Position numbers and translations under genes: made by a program. Shown here in pieces: positions 1 to 14,818 of a stretch of DNA of 64,000 nt. The notes under the pieces were generated by a model. The model saw nothing but the letters and a program-made list of their open reading frames with translations, was not told the origin of the DNA and searched no databases. How positions within the stretch are numbered: the stretch's first letter is position 1; every line of letters begins with the position of its first letter. Origin of the DNA: Amphiscolops sp. MND2022 (Eukaryota); contig OZ076409.1 in the NCBI GenBank assembly GCA_964187785.1, positions 93,312,001 through 93,376,000 on the forward strand, read 5' to 3'.

Positions 1-2743
1 TTGTGTATATAGACAATATTTTAATAATTACAAAGGGTGAAAAAAGTGTACATATGCAAAAAGTCCGGTGTGTGTTAAAAGTGTTAGATAGCGCGATTTT
101 GCAATTGAGAGCAGACAAATATAAAATAGCTTGTACAAAAATAGAATGGTTGGGATACGAGTTGTCCGTGGAAGCCAGTTCCCCAGTAAATGGCAATGTG
201 CAATCAAATACCGGAAGTCTGCGACCAGGTAATTTGAGAGAGCTGAGATCATTCGTGGGAGCGATTAACCAACTAAACAAATTTGTACCTGATTTAGCTA
301 ACATTTGCGCACCGTTTAGATCAATATTGAAAAAAGAAGCTGGAAGGGAATGGACGCAAGAACATGAGGAGGCATTAAAAAAATAATAACAAAGAAGGTA
401 AAAGAATAACGGAATTGACACATTTTAAGAGAGATAAGAAATTGCGAACTATCTGTGATGCGAGCAAACAAGGACTAGGGGCTGTCCTTCAGCAAGATAA
501 CAAGGGTGGAAACCGGTGTCATATGCGTCTAGATATTCAAAACATTTTGAATCCAGATATTCGATTAATGAATTGGAACTATTAGCTGTGGTTTGGGCGT
601 TCGAACAGTTTGAAAATTACGTGTATGGCACGAAATTGCAAGTAATACCAGGCCATAAGGCATTGGCATCCGTGCTGAAATTGAAAAGAAGTAATAAAAC
701 ATTCTCCAGCTGTTTAACAAGATGGGTGGATCGGTTATTGCCATTCAAATTTGAAGTTACTCATGCACCAGGAAGAGTATTAGGTTTTCGGAATATTTAT
801 CAAGACATCTAAGCAAGATAAAAGGGAATGCGATAAATTCCGACAAACTATGGATCGACTGGTTCACCGTAAATACAATTACGAAAATTGATGCTATTTC
901 AGAGAATGAGACAACTCCACTGGAGACGCCAAAAACGATGAAAATGCCGCGCGCGCCTGATTCGGTATTGAGAGTGGAAAGCGAGCAAGATGTGCATCAA
1001 GCTGAGAAAGCTACAGAACGAAAAAGTAATCAGCCAATTAGATCGCAGGAAAATTACGCGCGGACGAACGAACAGAAAATAAGTGCGGAACAAAATCTAA
1101 ACGGAATAACCGAGCAACGAAATCGCAAAACCATGTTCAATAACGCTTCCAATGTTTTTGATAAAATTAATGACTCATTCCTGCCCGCAAGCTACGAGCC
1201 AATAAAATGCTTCAAAAAGTCATTCAATTAGTAAAAACCAAAGAAGGGGCAAATATGTCCCGGTTGCCTGCATCCTGGCGCAAAAAATTCAATACATTCA
1301 GCGTCGACAGTCGAAATTACTTGTATATGGATGAACGGCTAGTGATCCTACTATTTTACGCGCCTCGATCATAAGTTCAATACATAACGGACACCATGGC
1401 AGAGATACCATGCTCCGGTATATTTCCGACATCTGGTGGCCCAAAAAACACCACGAAGTGGTCACAACGGCGAAATGTTGCGACCAGTGCAACCTAGCAG
1501 GTAAAAAAAACCTTTACTGAAACAAAAGCAATTTGGGAAAATTCCAAAATCCGAAAATCCAAACAACGAAATAACACTAGATTTCGCGGGTCTCTTTCAA
1601 ATTGCGGAACACGGAAAGAAACATTTGTTAGTAGCTGTAGACCATTTTTCTGCGTGGCCCGACGCCCTATTTTTACATAAGGTAACAACCAAGAATGTTT
1701 TTGAATTTTTACAGAAATACATATCATAGTATGGTATATCGAAACAAATTAGACCCGATCCAGGCACAGTGTTTAATAGCGAAGAGTTCAAAACGTTTTG
1801 CCGGCAATTTCAAGTAAATCACATAACCTGCCCAGTGCGCGATCACCGGGGAAATGGCAAACTCGAGCGACTGATCCGAACCATAAACGAACGTCTCAGG
1901 ACGAATGAAAACATTGTCCTTAAACGAGACAAAACAGCCCACTCGGAAATACTAAACGCTTTAAGAATGCGAGAAAAAGCGGACGGAAAATCGCCATTTG
2001 AAAACTTGTACAGCCGAAAACCAAAAACAGTAAAAAGTAACATAGTAGACAAATTTAAGGGTGTTTCAGAAGCAGACCCAAGCCTAAAACTCAGTACGTC
2101 AGATTTCGAGGACGAAATCGATTCGGCAATCGTGGTGAGGGAGATGACGAAAGGGTCCAATCTAGAGGGACAGTTTAAAGAGAAGTCCGGAAAGGTGATC
2201 AAAGAGACCGCCCACACCATCACTTTCCTCCCAAAACACAGCAAAAAGGAGGTGATCTATTCCAAACGGGTCGTGGCTAAGACAAAGTCGAAAAGGAGAA
2301 ATGTGGAACCCCGAACAGAAGAGCAGGCTGCCCCGTCCAAACGATGGGAGGTAATGGAGGACTCATCGGAAGGCGAACCTTACGTCGTATCTGCGGAAAC
2401 TGGGGACGATGAAGCAACCACCACAGACTCCCACCATGACGGAGAACGTCGAATCAAAGACGAAGAAAAGGTGGAAGAAGAGAAGTCGAGGCCTGAGGCA
2501 GTCGAGGCAGAAAGGGAGGAAATGGCAAATCCATAGGAAATGCCTACCAACTTGGAAGAAGCAACTCATCCGGAAGAGGCCATTCCCGAAAAAGAAACGA
2601 ACCCTGAGAAGAAGAAGGCCATGAAGGCATCAGTAATATGGAGCCCCCCGCAAAGAGAAACGCGCCGAAGACGACCAACGGAACGATATGGGATCGACGT
2701 GGTCATGCAAGTAGACAATTTCGAAAGAAGCAAGAAGATGTGA
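1..2743 (+). pseudogene. pol: Decayed Ty3/Gypsy pol (RT end, RNase H, integrase), frameshifted and truncated by the window start
   Basis: ORF fragments show an RT YIDN motif (from YIDD), RT thumb LRSFVGAIN, RNase H YSINELELLAVVWA and the integrase core (FNSEEFKTFC, GNGKLERLIRTI). Several stops and frameshifts separate them. Domain order is RT-RH-IN. Confidence 0.9.
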
Positions 2744-2920
2744 GAGAAGAATAAACAGTTAAACATTAAAAGCCATCAGTATCGGGAACAGAAGAACCAT
2801 TAAACGTCACTGTGATCAATTGAAACATTTAACTCAGTCATGTAATCTAAAATAAATACATTAGACATTGGATGACATTAGTTATTACTATGTATTAATT
2901 ACCAGGTTTTTCATTAAAAC

Positions 2921-3070
2921 GGGGAGTGTGACAGAGTGTTGAAAAGAGCAGTAAAGTTGAAAGTGAAGTAACGATAGTATTTACCAACACCTGTCAAATA
3001 TGCTAGAATGAATCAAATGACATAAGTTTAGTTGCTGTTGCTTTTCAATCGAGATTCAGTTCGTAATACA
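2921..3070 (+). repeat. Possible polypurine tract and short 3' LTR of the decayed Gypsy element
   Basis: GGGGAG at 2921-2926 is followed directly by TGTGAC at 2927, with a possible end at TAATACA (3070). There is no second copy in the window to confirm it. Confidence 0.35.
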
Positions 3071-5070
3071 TCATAATCTCTATTCTTTCCATTCTTCAAA
3101 CTTGCCTCTCAGTAGTCTAAAACAGTATTCAATTTTTGTTTGTATGATAATAAGTAGTCAATGCTTCCAAATTGAACAACATGATCCAGTCTTATGTTTA
3201 TCAGCGGCTATTCGGATGCATTACAACGCTCGACCTCAGGAAAGCATCGAATAATCTCTAAAACAGACTCAATATTGTTCGAAAAATTGGAACTCAAACC
3301 CCTCCTAATGACAGTTTATTCTGAAAAAAGTCTCAGGTGCAAAACTGTCTCAACATCGGTAATGATTTACATCGGTAATCATTGATCAAGAACTAAAACA
3401 ACTTTTGAAAAGTTATACAACTTCGCTTGTTTCTGATTTTTGGCATTTTTCGGATTTTGCGAAGAAAGCTCTGGACGAATGTTGTAACGTTGATCGAGAT
3501 CTCTCTTTGAAAGTTTACACCGCAAAATGATCACAAAATGCGACTTCTGTCATTTTTACTCGGTAAAAATGGTGTTTCGACGGAATTGACTATTTCTTTT
3601 CGAAAAAGCATCAGGAGAAACATTTTTGAAAATTATAATTGAACAATGATGCCAATGCTTCAAATTTGATGATCCTGAAAATGTTTTCTTCTGATATATC
3701 TTTTATGATATATTGCGTATTGAATTTCGAAAAACTTCAGAATTCCCCAAAATACAATACGAGCTCGGAAAGAATATGAGCTTCCTAGGAAACAATACGA
3801 TATTATGAACCCAAAAACTTCTTTCCGCCAAGTTGTACTCGAAAAGCTTTAAATAACAGTTAAGGCAGGCATACGATTCAAAAAAGTCTCAGAAGCAAAA
3901 CGTTCAATTTTTGATCAGGAATCAATGTTTGTTTTTGGCTATGAAAAAGGTAACAAAATTCCGACATTCTCAAACTTGCAAAATGAGAAATCTTTCGCTT
4001 AAGAATTTTGAGAGTATCGGGATTCTTCGCAATTCTTCTTACCATAATTGGTCAAATGAAAAATTCCAGATACAATGTTTGTTGCCTTGATTATGTTCTC
4101 AAACCATAGATCCCAACTTTTTTCAACTAGAAACAACTTCTACAGAAATTATCAACATGAACAATCACGCGATTAATGTTACAGGTAACACTGTCCAAAA
4201 GAATGCAGTTCAGCTTTCTTACTTTTTGCACTGGAATTACTACTGTTGTTAGCAGCCGCGCTCTGACTCATAGCCGCAAAAGAGGAGAGTCCATTTTGAG
4301 GTTTGCTCATTGTCGACTTCATTCTGAAACAAACCAATCAGATAGTGACAATTCGAAACGTATTAACTTTCGGAACTGAGATCACTAAAGCAGCATTTAG
4401 GACTGGATAAAAATTGAGCCCTAAACCAGAGAAACTCTTTGACATAGTTGAAAAAATATATAAAATTAGTTATTCATGCTTTACAGTGAAATTCAGGTAG
4501 TAAACGAAGTGTCAATGCTTGTTTGCAATAAAATCATTAATCCTTCAAAAAGATCCTTCAAAGAGAAACTAAAAACACCTTCAAATGCTTTTCCCTGAAA
4601 TTGGAACACTGCAGTGGAATGAAATTAAGTGCAAACTCATTTCTCTATTTGCATTTCGTAAACAGAAGTCATGCCTCATTTTTCACGGTCTGTGGTGAAT
4701 TATGTTTTACAAATGATGCTCACAAGTTCGGGTTTTTGATGTTTTTCAAAGAAAAAATAGCTTTTTTTAGTTTAAACGGTTTCACCTTCCGAAATTTTAC
4801 TGTACTAGTAAATGACGTACATCTACTGATTCTGATGCCAAATTTTTCCAGGGTGTACAACTAGTAAAAAAAAATTGATAAAATCTATCGAGAGTCTAGA
4901 AGCATACATGAAATAGAAATTGTGGAAGGCCTTGAAGAACGTCTCACGTTCGACCTCGTGTCAGATGGAATTTTGAACCTAAAATCGGTGCAAAAGTTTT
5001 GGGTGGGCATTACGGCGAAACACTGCAGTAATTACATTGACCACTAGATGTTAGCTCCAGTTGCATGGTT

Positions 5071-5293
5071 CTATTTGGATGGAAAGCCGAGAGCAGCTAA
5101 CCTAGAGAGAGTGGGGTTCATGGAACTCTTGGGCAGGTACCCGTTGAGAGGCATTTGCATCATTTGTTGACCTCCGGTCACTGCCCCGGTCTGACTGCGT
5201 GACCGACTGGTCAATTGACCCCCCACGTGACTCGAAGGGTTCGGTTCGCTCTTCATGGCAGCTACTTTGCCCAAAGCTATCAGGTCATCGCAC
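5071..5293 (-). CDS. Possible terminal exon of a host gene
   Basis: Island of higher GC with an open frame ending in TAG at 5071. It is preceded on the minus strand by an acceptor-like TTGATTGCTAG (AG at 5295-5294). No homology recognised. Confidence 0.35.
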
Positions 5294-5574
5294 CTAGCAA
5301 TCAAATCAATCAAGTAAGTAAGATATTAACTTTCGAAAATGAAGAAGAAAAAGAAGAAAGTTCATTTCCCCATTAACGCGGGGTGGACGCTGAATAAACA
5401 GTTCTAAGCCCTCTCCCCATAGCAAGCTATGGTACCATATTTGCAGCCAAATGGTCAAGCAATTGTGGACTTGAAGTTATGGTTTCTAAGTGGCTTGCTC
5501 AAGGTCACAAAGGTCTGGCTGCTCACCGTTTTTAATTGTTTTCTTCTTGTGATACCACCTACTGAGCGTGGTGT

Positions 5575-6690
5575 CCCTAGTCGAAGTTGCCGCGAAGTTT
5601 TCCAGGCACCTTCAAAAAATGCCGGCCAATTTTTATAAAACATGAAAAATTCAGTGACCATGGAAACATTTTGTAGGATTACTATGCAGCTTTCACTATT
5701 TGAGTTGAAATTGAAAACATTTCCGCTTCTTCACCACCGCGATCACTTTTTTTTCACGCATAAGTTTCTCAAGCAACTAATCAAGCATGTAAACACCATT
5801 AGTCAAATAGCACGCTGAATATCACGCTACTTTGAAACTTATAATGTGACTGAAGTTTATTTGCATTGAAACCGCGGTAACATTGATGAGGGTCTCAGCT
5901 GCTTTTAAAATTAGAACTGCTTCTTGAAGAAACCTGCAAAACTTCAATGCTTAAAATTTCCGCCAAAATGTTAGTGAATCTATCAAGGAGCTTGATAAAA
6001 GTCGAACACAACAGGTAAATATTTTCGCATGAAAGTTTCCGTAAGAGTGTTTGAAAATCATAAAAGTTGCTGGCAACATTGAAGTATATGCAAAAAGTTT
6101 GAGCAGTTTCAACAACGGGGAGCGAAACTTTGGCTACCCTAGTCGAAGTTGCCGCGAAGTTTTACAGGCACCTTCAAAAAATGCCGGCTAATTTTTTATT
6201 AAACATTAGAAAATTCAGGGACCATGCATGGAAACATTTTGTAGGATTACTAGGCAGCTTTCACTATTTGAGTTGAAATTGAAAACATTTCCGCTTCTTC
6301 ACCACCGCGATCACTTTTTTTTCACGCATAAGTTTCTCAAGCAACTAATCAAGCATGTAAACACCATTAGTCAAATAGCACGCTTATTATGACGCTACTT
6401 TGAAACTTATAATATGACTGAAGTTTATTTGCATTGAAACCGCGGTAACATTGATGAAGGTCTCAGATGCTTTCAAAATTAGAACGGCGTCTTCATGAAA
6501 CCTGCAACACTTCGCGGCTCGGAATTGCCGCCAAATTCAGGATGCATCTTATAGGCAGCTTGATAAATTTAAATTGCATCAGTGAAGTTTTAATGCATGG
6601 ACGTTTCCTTGAGAATTTAAAAAATCATGAAAAATTAGCTTGGTAGCCCACAAAAACTTGTAAAAAATTCAAGCAGTTCCAATCAGGGGT
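5575..6690. repeat. Two-copy tandem repeat, period ~562 bp
   Basis: CCCTAGTCGAAGTTGCCGCGAAGTTT starts at both 5575 and 6137. The first ~330 bp are near-identical and the remainder is diverged. Confidence 0.85.
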
Positions 6691-7611
6691 AATATGGTAT
6701 AAGTTTCGGTCCATGCGATTTAAAGTTTAGTTCTCAGAGCATGAACTTGCATGAAATTTTCTATTCTAAGAAACCTTGGCTGATTTTTTTAACTGAATGT
6801 TTTATGCCCGGCGTTCGGTATCTCGGCTTTTGTTTGCAAGATTTCTAAAATTTCCCATTAATCTTGGCAATCCCGCGTTCCTGTGTTTCCCGGCAGTATC
6901 TTGAGATTTTCCGACTCAGTCACCAAGATTTACCCGGAATCCAGCATAATCATGTCAAGATCTTGCCAATATTTCCAAGACGTCAGACAATGGATATACA
7001 TAGAATTTCGACATGTAAGATAACTTTTCATTCAAAGCTGGTCTGAACTAATGGTTCAAACTATATTAGACACTTGTTGAAAGCGGAACTAAGCAAACTT
7101 CAGAGAAAAGACCGTAGTCTAATAGGGAGAGTATTCAATCTGTAAGTTTAAATGTGCGAGTTCGAGGACTGCCAGTCTTCAATTTTTGTTATGTTGCCAT
7201 TCTAGCAATTCTAAGACCTCAATTTCGGCATGTCTCATCCGATGAGCCGATGGTGCAAAAGTTGATGGAGTTTCCAATCCATTTCTAATCTTTTCATCTC
7301 ATCCATTTTTTCAAGGAGAACACTCGATTTAGGGGGTGTCAAATGCGACAAGTTACATGACTCCCCCCAATTGCGTTACCTGGTATCGAGGTGGTCCCTG
7401 TTGGGACTGACTAGCACGTTGCCCGTGTTTTTCCTCCTAGAGGTCAAAGGTGTGCCCCCGTTGTGTTCCTCAGATGACCCCCCTTTTTCCCGGTCACTGG
7501 CCGGCGGGTGTTGATGCAGGGCTGAGTTCGGGGGTGCGTTGCAATAGACTGAAACGAAAAGACAAGGCTGCCATTAAGTAGTCACCATTAATACTTAGGA
7601 AAACTCATCGC

Positions 7612-7803
7612 AAAAAAACTTGCAAAAATGCTAGGGTAGAAGTTTGCTTTTCCGATAATGCTGGAAACACATAGTACACATGAATTGGTACTTATTGAAT
7701 TGTACCATGGTACCACACCTTGAATTTTACATAGGAACACTCGTCTCAAAAAAAACTTGCAAAAATGCTAGGGTAGAAGTTTGGTTTTTCGATAATGCTA
7801 GAA
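7612..7803. repeat. Short direct repeat (~55 bp, two copies)
   Basis: AAAAAAACTTGCAAAAATGCTAGGGTAGAAGTTTG...GATAATGCT occurs at ~7612 and ~7748. Confidence 0.8.
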
Positions 7804-8082
7804 GCCAGTATCTTTTGGCGATTCCTGACGACTATCATTGATTCTGACGACTATCCGCATAACCGGTTTATGTGTACCTAGGAGCTCTGAAGGTAGAAAT
7901 TTAGTCAAATTTTCAGTTTAAGATCAAAAAGATATCTAATTTCTTGATGGACAAATTGAAAACTGTAGAATCTTCATTTTAAATCACCTTCAAAGATGAC
8001 AAAATAAGGCACATAGTTGAAATGCACAAAAAACAGGTTACTGTTATTAAACTTAATGAAACAAGAAAAGCGTGCAACTGTT

Positions 8083-11000
8083 TCATGGTAAATTAAGAAA
8101 AATGACAGTTGAATAATAAGTATTGAACAGGGGTGCCAGTTTCACTACTGGTCTTTTCAGCGTGTCATCAATTGTCGTTGTCTTACTGAGAACTCCAGCT
8201 TCATAGTCATGTCTGCCCGTTGCTGGCTGTGTTATTTCTCTGCTGCAATGCTTTTCCAGCCCATAATCCAGCTCGCTGACCATAACATTGTATTCCGCAG
8301 ATTCTCAAAACACTTCGAAATACTTCCATAAGACTGTTTTTCATTTAAAGTCATAGTTTATAGTTTCCCCTATTATATCAAACTTCATCATCAAGAAAGA
8401 TCTCCAGGAAAATATCTCCAGCCAGTTTCCCAATATTTGCTGTGCTACACATTTCGTCATCAAAGTTGACTGACCGTGGGGGAGACCTGTCAAAAGGTTT
8501 TCGTTCTCTAGTCTTTCCATAATTCTGTATTGGATCCGGTCTTCTTGAAAGGTAGTTAAATAATCCATCATCATATTCAGTAGGTAAAGAGACTCTTCAA
8601 TATTTCAGCGACTGAAGTTCTTCCCCTTAAGTTCAGTGTTCTCTATGCATCCAATGGGAATGGATTTGTGCTTTGAATTCAGTTGCTTGGCTATGTTTTG
8701 CACTTTGCTTTCCGACACGTCGTTTTCTGCAGCTACATCCGAGTTTTCTCCCAGTAACTGCAATACCAAAGAGTTTCGCTTCCGCTTCTGTTTATTGAGA
8801 ATCACCGAGCTTCTTTCACCAAAAAACTCCGTATTCTTATCAGGACACTCAATTTACTCAATGGACACTCAATTCTTTCAAAACTTGTTTGCTAGATGCG
8901 AATGCTAAGCTTCTATGCTCTTGCCTCATTTCTGACTTCGTGTAATCCAAGGTCTCCTCTGATTGTACTATCAACTGCTCACTCGTAGCCAAATGAATCT
9001 CTTCTTCCGAAATTTGTGTGGTATCCACTAGAGAGTATCTGAACGGAAATCTTGCCAGCAATCCTCTACAACGATCGTTCCTGGGCATTCCACGTGCATA
9101 CAGTCGTGAGAATCTTCGAGGTTCCTTTGTTCGCCTCGCTTTCTGCATTCGCCACATCTGAGTTCTCATGTGCTTCACGTTTGATAGGTTTGCCCCGCAG
9201 CTTTCTATAGCTTGGACACTTGTCTGAACACTTGGTCTGCTCAGATTTCTTTTTCTTCATTGTACTCGTTGCTTCTAGCTTCTGGTTAGGTTTTTCGAGC
9301 GTAGCCATTTCTTCTTGCTTACCCATAAGTTCGTCTTTTGTTTTCTGCGATTCCTTATGATCACTTGACTTTTCCTTGCTCGAAGTTTGCCTTGTTCGAG
9401 TTTTGCTGTTGTCCTTGTTGAGCTACTTTCAACGCTTTCATTGTAAGAGCGCCAGTGTGATCCAACTATGCTCTTTGAATCAATTTGCTCAAAACCGAGT
9501 TCCTTGTTGTTTCTCAGGTGTGACTCTTCGTCCATCACTTCACTCATATCCCTACGAGAGTGAATATCCTTCGCTCACGCAGTCCAGGACCTGTAGGAAG
9601 CTATGTTGAAATCCACGTTTCGTTGAAGGTCCGACAACATTTCTGCGAACTTTTGCTTGATTGCATTTGCTTTGTCACTTTCTGTGATTGTATCGGTTTC
9701 AGCTGTATTCCATTTCGCGTTATTTCTATTTCTTGGTCGGCAACTTGTTTAGTTCCGTTTTTCTTCGAGATTAGCAATTTCGAGTTCCTCTGAGAGTTTC
9801 CTTATTTCCCTTTGCTTCCTCCGGATATCGGCTTTGCGTTTTGGTGCAACCAGCCGTCGATCGACTTCTTCCAGGTTGTTTATCGCTCTCTCTAACGCCA
9901 GAAGCTGCTCTTCGTTAGACACTTTCGAGCTAATAGTTGCTTCGTTGTCCTTCGGGGTTGCCTTGATTGAATTGACCCGTTGTCGCTTTCTTCGGGTAAC
10001 ACCTTCACATCACTGATTGAGTTAATCACATCAGAGGGGTTGGATACTCCAACAACTCGTCATTCTTCATCAGTTACCCTGCTTGACTGTGCCAGTGATT
10101 TATTTTCGCTAGTTGCTTCGACTGAGCAATTGCGTTTCGTTGGATTGAATCTACTTTGCTTGATCTTCCTTGAGTGAAGGCACTTCAAAGCCGCGATCGT
10201 AGAGGCTCCATTTGTCAATTGGCGAAGCTTAGTTGTTTTTCTCATCCTTTGGACCTTTCAACATTGTCTTCACATCAGAGAACCAATATCCCCAGCTTTC
10301 TTCTAATTTTGCAAAGAATTCATGCCATTCAGTCACACTTCGACTGAGCTGTCTTTGCGTTTCTTCATTCGTGAGGTCCAACATGAGATCTACGATATGC
10401 ATCAATGCTTGTTTGTTCTCGCGAGATTTGAATACCCGATCATATAATTTTCCTTTGCAAGGAACAGCGCCTTGCTCGTCAATCTTGTCATCCAAACCAA
10501 AGAGTAGATCCTTTGAACAAATGTGGGTCAAAATATCCAGATAGTAGCGCCACACATACCAGTCTGAACCAATTTCCAAATCTCTTGATCCAAGTTCCAT
10601 CAATTCTTGGCATTGCTTTGTGTTTCTTTGATCAAATACGTTTGTCATTCGAGGTTGCTGCACCTCGAACATTTCCTTCGTTCTCTCTTTCATTTGTTCA
10701 AATTGCAGTTTGTTGTTAATTAAAGGGCTTTCCGACGACACAATAGTTTGTTGTGGAAGTTGTCACTTTTCCCAATTTTCGCAATTTGTTAGATCTGAAG
10801 TGTCAATTGCTCAACCTAATATTCAATCGCCAATCCTAGAAGAATCAACCCATACTGTTGATTGAACTTGCCTTCTTTGACTAACTTGATTGTTTCAGTG
10901 GATCGCGTTCCAATAACTCGATCTCTTTGTTTTACTTGGTGGATATACTTGCAGTGACGTTTTAGTTCAGAGCTTTGCTTTCAATTAGGAATATGTTTCC

Positions 11001-11810
11001 CAAGGATACAATTCGTCTCAAAACTGGAATTGAAGCACGATTGCCTGGAGTTGCTGCTAAACCCCAACGGCATGCGTACACAACAAATTCAGTTCCAAAT
11101 CGCCCAATAGTCCAATGCCAAAGCCCCAGTGTACACCTTGCACTTCCAATCACCAACTGTAGACCCAGTCTCCACAGTTCTTGTTGATCGTGAATAGTCG
11201 TCTCAGCTACTTGTCACGATTCCGTTCGGATGCGACGACACTTGCAATACTTTTCGATTGCTGTGCGAACAGGATCACCTGCTGCCACTTCAAGGTTTGG
11301 AAGATCCCAACAATCAAGCTTGTCCTCCCAGCTCTCTGGTTTCTCTCTCCCAAGCTTCGTGGCCATTGAATAGATAGATGTAGTGTCACCCTTTTGATGA
11401 CTCTAACTGCTCACGTGTCTTCCACCACGAATGTAATCCAAACACGATGAAGACGACTTTCCTCTTGCAGTGTCCCACCAATTTGATGTCCACTCCAACT
11501 ATTGATTTCCGCTTAATGTGCTGATGTCCGCCCCAAACTGTTATGTCCGGGTCGGGGGTCCAAAGGTAACGCCTGCTTGATCTCTTCAATTGACCAAACT
11601 TTACACCGCCCTGAATTCGGTGCTCGGCACTGCGGATCGTTACCGAACATTGCTTGCTTCGTAGATTAAACGGACTGTACCTTGACGTAGTAGGTTCCAA
11701 TGATCCCGAATTGCACTTCTTCCTTGTCTCTTAACGCGTCCATCTCTCCACGAAGTTGAGAGTAACTAATTTAGTCGCCCTAATTCTTTGACGAAAAGTC
11801 GATAAGAGGT
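8083..11810 (-). mobile_element. Internally deleted, decayed BEL/Pao-like LTR retrotransposon remnant
   Basis: The fragment ending TLKRPVVKLAPLF (8083-8283) matches the typical C-terminus of BEL/Pao integrase. Broken coiled-coil-like ORFs lie upstream on the same strand. A degenerate PBS-like TGGACCCCCGACCCGGAC sits near 11562 (cf. tRNA-Tyr-type TGGTCCTTCGAGCCGGA). Boundaries are approximate. Confidence 0.5.
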
Positions 11811-14800
11811 TTAAAAATGAATTGAGAATAGAAGTGGTTCTAACACCCAACTTTAGTAGTTTTCCTATCAATTTGTGCCTATCTAGTAATGCCATGAATC
11901 TGGTTTACAATTCTACAGTAAATATAGGTGAAAATAAGAAGTATAAATGAATGATATTTAAGTGTAATAAGACGGTATTAGCTATGTAAACAAAGTATGT
12001 GGTGGTTTTGGCATGGTTGTTAGATGGGTCAGAAAGTATGTTTACACAATGAAATATCATCAATTTCAACAGAGTTACATTCTAGCGTGGTCATATGGGT
12101 AAATAACAAAGTTTACATTTTCGATTCAATGACCATCACACGTGTGAGGGGTAAAAAAATGGTTATTGTGAGGGAACATGACCTTGAAACTAAGTCGGGG
12201 TGTTTGTGTTAGGTACTTGCATATGTGTGCCAAGTTTCAAGTCTCTACGACTAACAGTCTTCGAGAAAACCTAACGGTCTTCATTTGGGGGGGTTGCCGT
12301 TTTGTCAGACTTAACATTTCTTCATCTTTTCATCTTAGTTTCTAAGAGTTTAAGTTTTGTTTCCCGAACAGCATGTTCCAAATCGACTTTCTTTGACTGC
12401 TGGTGGCTGGCGCCAACATGTACCACGGCTTCTAACACAGGGATCATTCCCTGATTTTTGATAATAAGGGCATGATTGTTCACCTGTATTGTATCGTCGG
12501 AATTGCTATTACTAGGTGGACTAAAAAACAAAATACTTCAAATTCGTAATATTTGTGAACAAGACACTGATAATATTCAACTGCCAATTATCTTTTCATT
12601 AGGTAATCAAATTTCAACAAAGGATGATTTGAACCTTCAGAAAAAGTATACATTTCTATACGAGCCATTTCGTTCACACTTTTGATGTGTGAAAATTTCT
12701 TTGCCTCAAAAAAATTGGAATGACTGACAAGCTGAATTGCAATGTTCAGAGTTGTTTTGAATCATCTGTTGACAAATCTTTGAAACTTCGGGAGCTCAAA
12801 CATTTTCAAGTGTTCCGTTTTTTATGGCGACGTATGGCATATGAGCCCCGCCCGCACTCTGGAGTGCGGTAACGGTTTGTTGATCTCAAGAAATAGGTTT
12901 GCGTCTAAAACAATATACAACCAGTGTAAACAATGCGAACTTTTCACAACATGAACAGTGGCTTTAGTTTTTAATTAGAAACTTTGAAAGTCATTCTTTT
13001 CTCAGCATAAACTTTTAACATTCTCCTTTTTGCATTTGGTTTGAATGAAAAGTCTATTCAATGTAATCTTCCACAACGTCGCTTGCAGTTTACTAGGTGA
13101 ACCAAAAAAAAACGGAAGGTACAAAAATTTTCGATCTCTCAAAGCTTCAAATATTTAACAACAAAAGTTTCTTATCATCTTTGAACGCTGCTGTCAATCA
13201 TTCAAGTTGGCAACTTTTCTTCGAAGCGAAAAAACTTTCACGCAAAAAAAGTGAGAATGGAATGACTGGTCAAGACGTCTACACTTTTTCTGGAGGTTTG
13301 AACCAACCGTAGTTGAAGATGTGATTACGTAACAGGAGCTTCATGCCAAATGACTGAAAGAAAAATTGAACGATTTTCAATTTCTTGTTTACAAATAATA
13401 CAATTCCGAAGACGCAAATTTTTGTACATTCCGTTTTTTTGGTTATACCTAGTATAACCAAGCTTTTAGTAGAAAAGCAACTTATACCGTTCCGGCTTTT
13501 TAATGAATAATGATTCAAAGGAGCCCTTAAATCAGCCTAAAGAGCCCAGAGCTCGTGGACAATTACCAAGTCGGCAAGAGCCCAAAAAGATTGCGAAAAA
13601 TTTCACAAGAGCACTGACTAAACGTGATTAGTCACCAACGTAATTTAAGTGCCCATTTGATTCATTATCCATTACAAACCCGGAACGGTATAAATCAGCG
13701 CCCATATTAAGGATCGAAAAGTGATAAATACTTCAAGTCGCTTATGATCTGTTACTGAAAGTTTTTTTTTGAATCTCAGTCGAAAAATATTCGAACTTTT
13801 CTATTGGAAGTTTTTGGAAAACTCCAAAATTTATGGGAAACTCACATGGAAAGAGTTCTGTTGCATTAAAAATCCGTGAGAGCAAGCTGTAAGGTTATGT
13901 ATTAGGCTTCGGCCTCACTTAATAATTCTTATTTTTACGCCTATTTTATCCATAATTATTTTTTATCAACCAACACATGTCCTGTTTTTATGTTTTTATA
14001 CAACATATCAATGGGAATTCACATGTTCTTTTTTTGAAATTATCAAAACAAAGACAATTGTTTACCAATTGTTCTTTATCAATTTAAATTGGTAAAGACA
14101 AACTCTTCTTTTGTAGAATTATATCTTTTTGAGAAAAAATCCTTCAGCATCGAAACAACTCACATTTCTATTTGTAAACAGAATAAAATTGACAAAATTA
14201 ATTTGGACGTTTTTAGATTTAAAAAACGTTTGAAGCTCATTCCGAATGGATTGGAAAAAAACGAAATGCTACTTTATTAGTCGAGTTTTATTTCATGAAG
14301 TGCCGGCCAAAAATGAGCAGTGTTATTTCTTTTATTAAATTTTATACGATTTAGTTGAAGTGTTAGGAATCATGAGTTCATGTATGAGAACAAGATCATC
14401 CATGGTTCATGGTTGTCTTTAAGTGCCAGCAAAAGTGGAAGAATTTTTCCTGAAATACTGAGCTGTGAGTAATTAATTAAGTGTATCTCCGGGGCAACCT
14501 GAGAAACTAAAACCGGGTCGTTTTGAACGTGATTATTAGCCGTTTTTTTCACCCGTTTGCGTGAACAAAAAACTTCCTTCGAAAAAAGGTCCAGTGTAAC
14601 GAATTTCTTTACCACACTGACACACTCAGAATATTTCTTTAGGTCATTTTGTAGTGTCTGCACTTACAAAAATTGAGGTTTTTCACGGGAAAACCTGCGA
14701 TGTTTCGCGGGTGTTTTGTTCTGAATTCATTTGGTGTTGCACTGAAAACCCGCCAATTGTATAGGAATCCTAATAAATACTTGAAGAAATAGCATTGCAT

Positions 14801-14818
14801 CAGTTAAATATGTAGCAT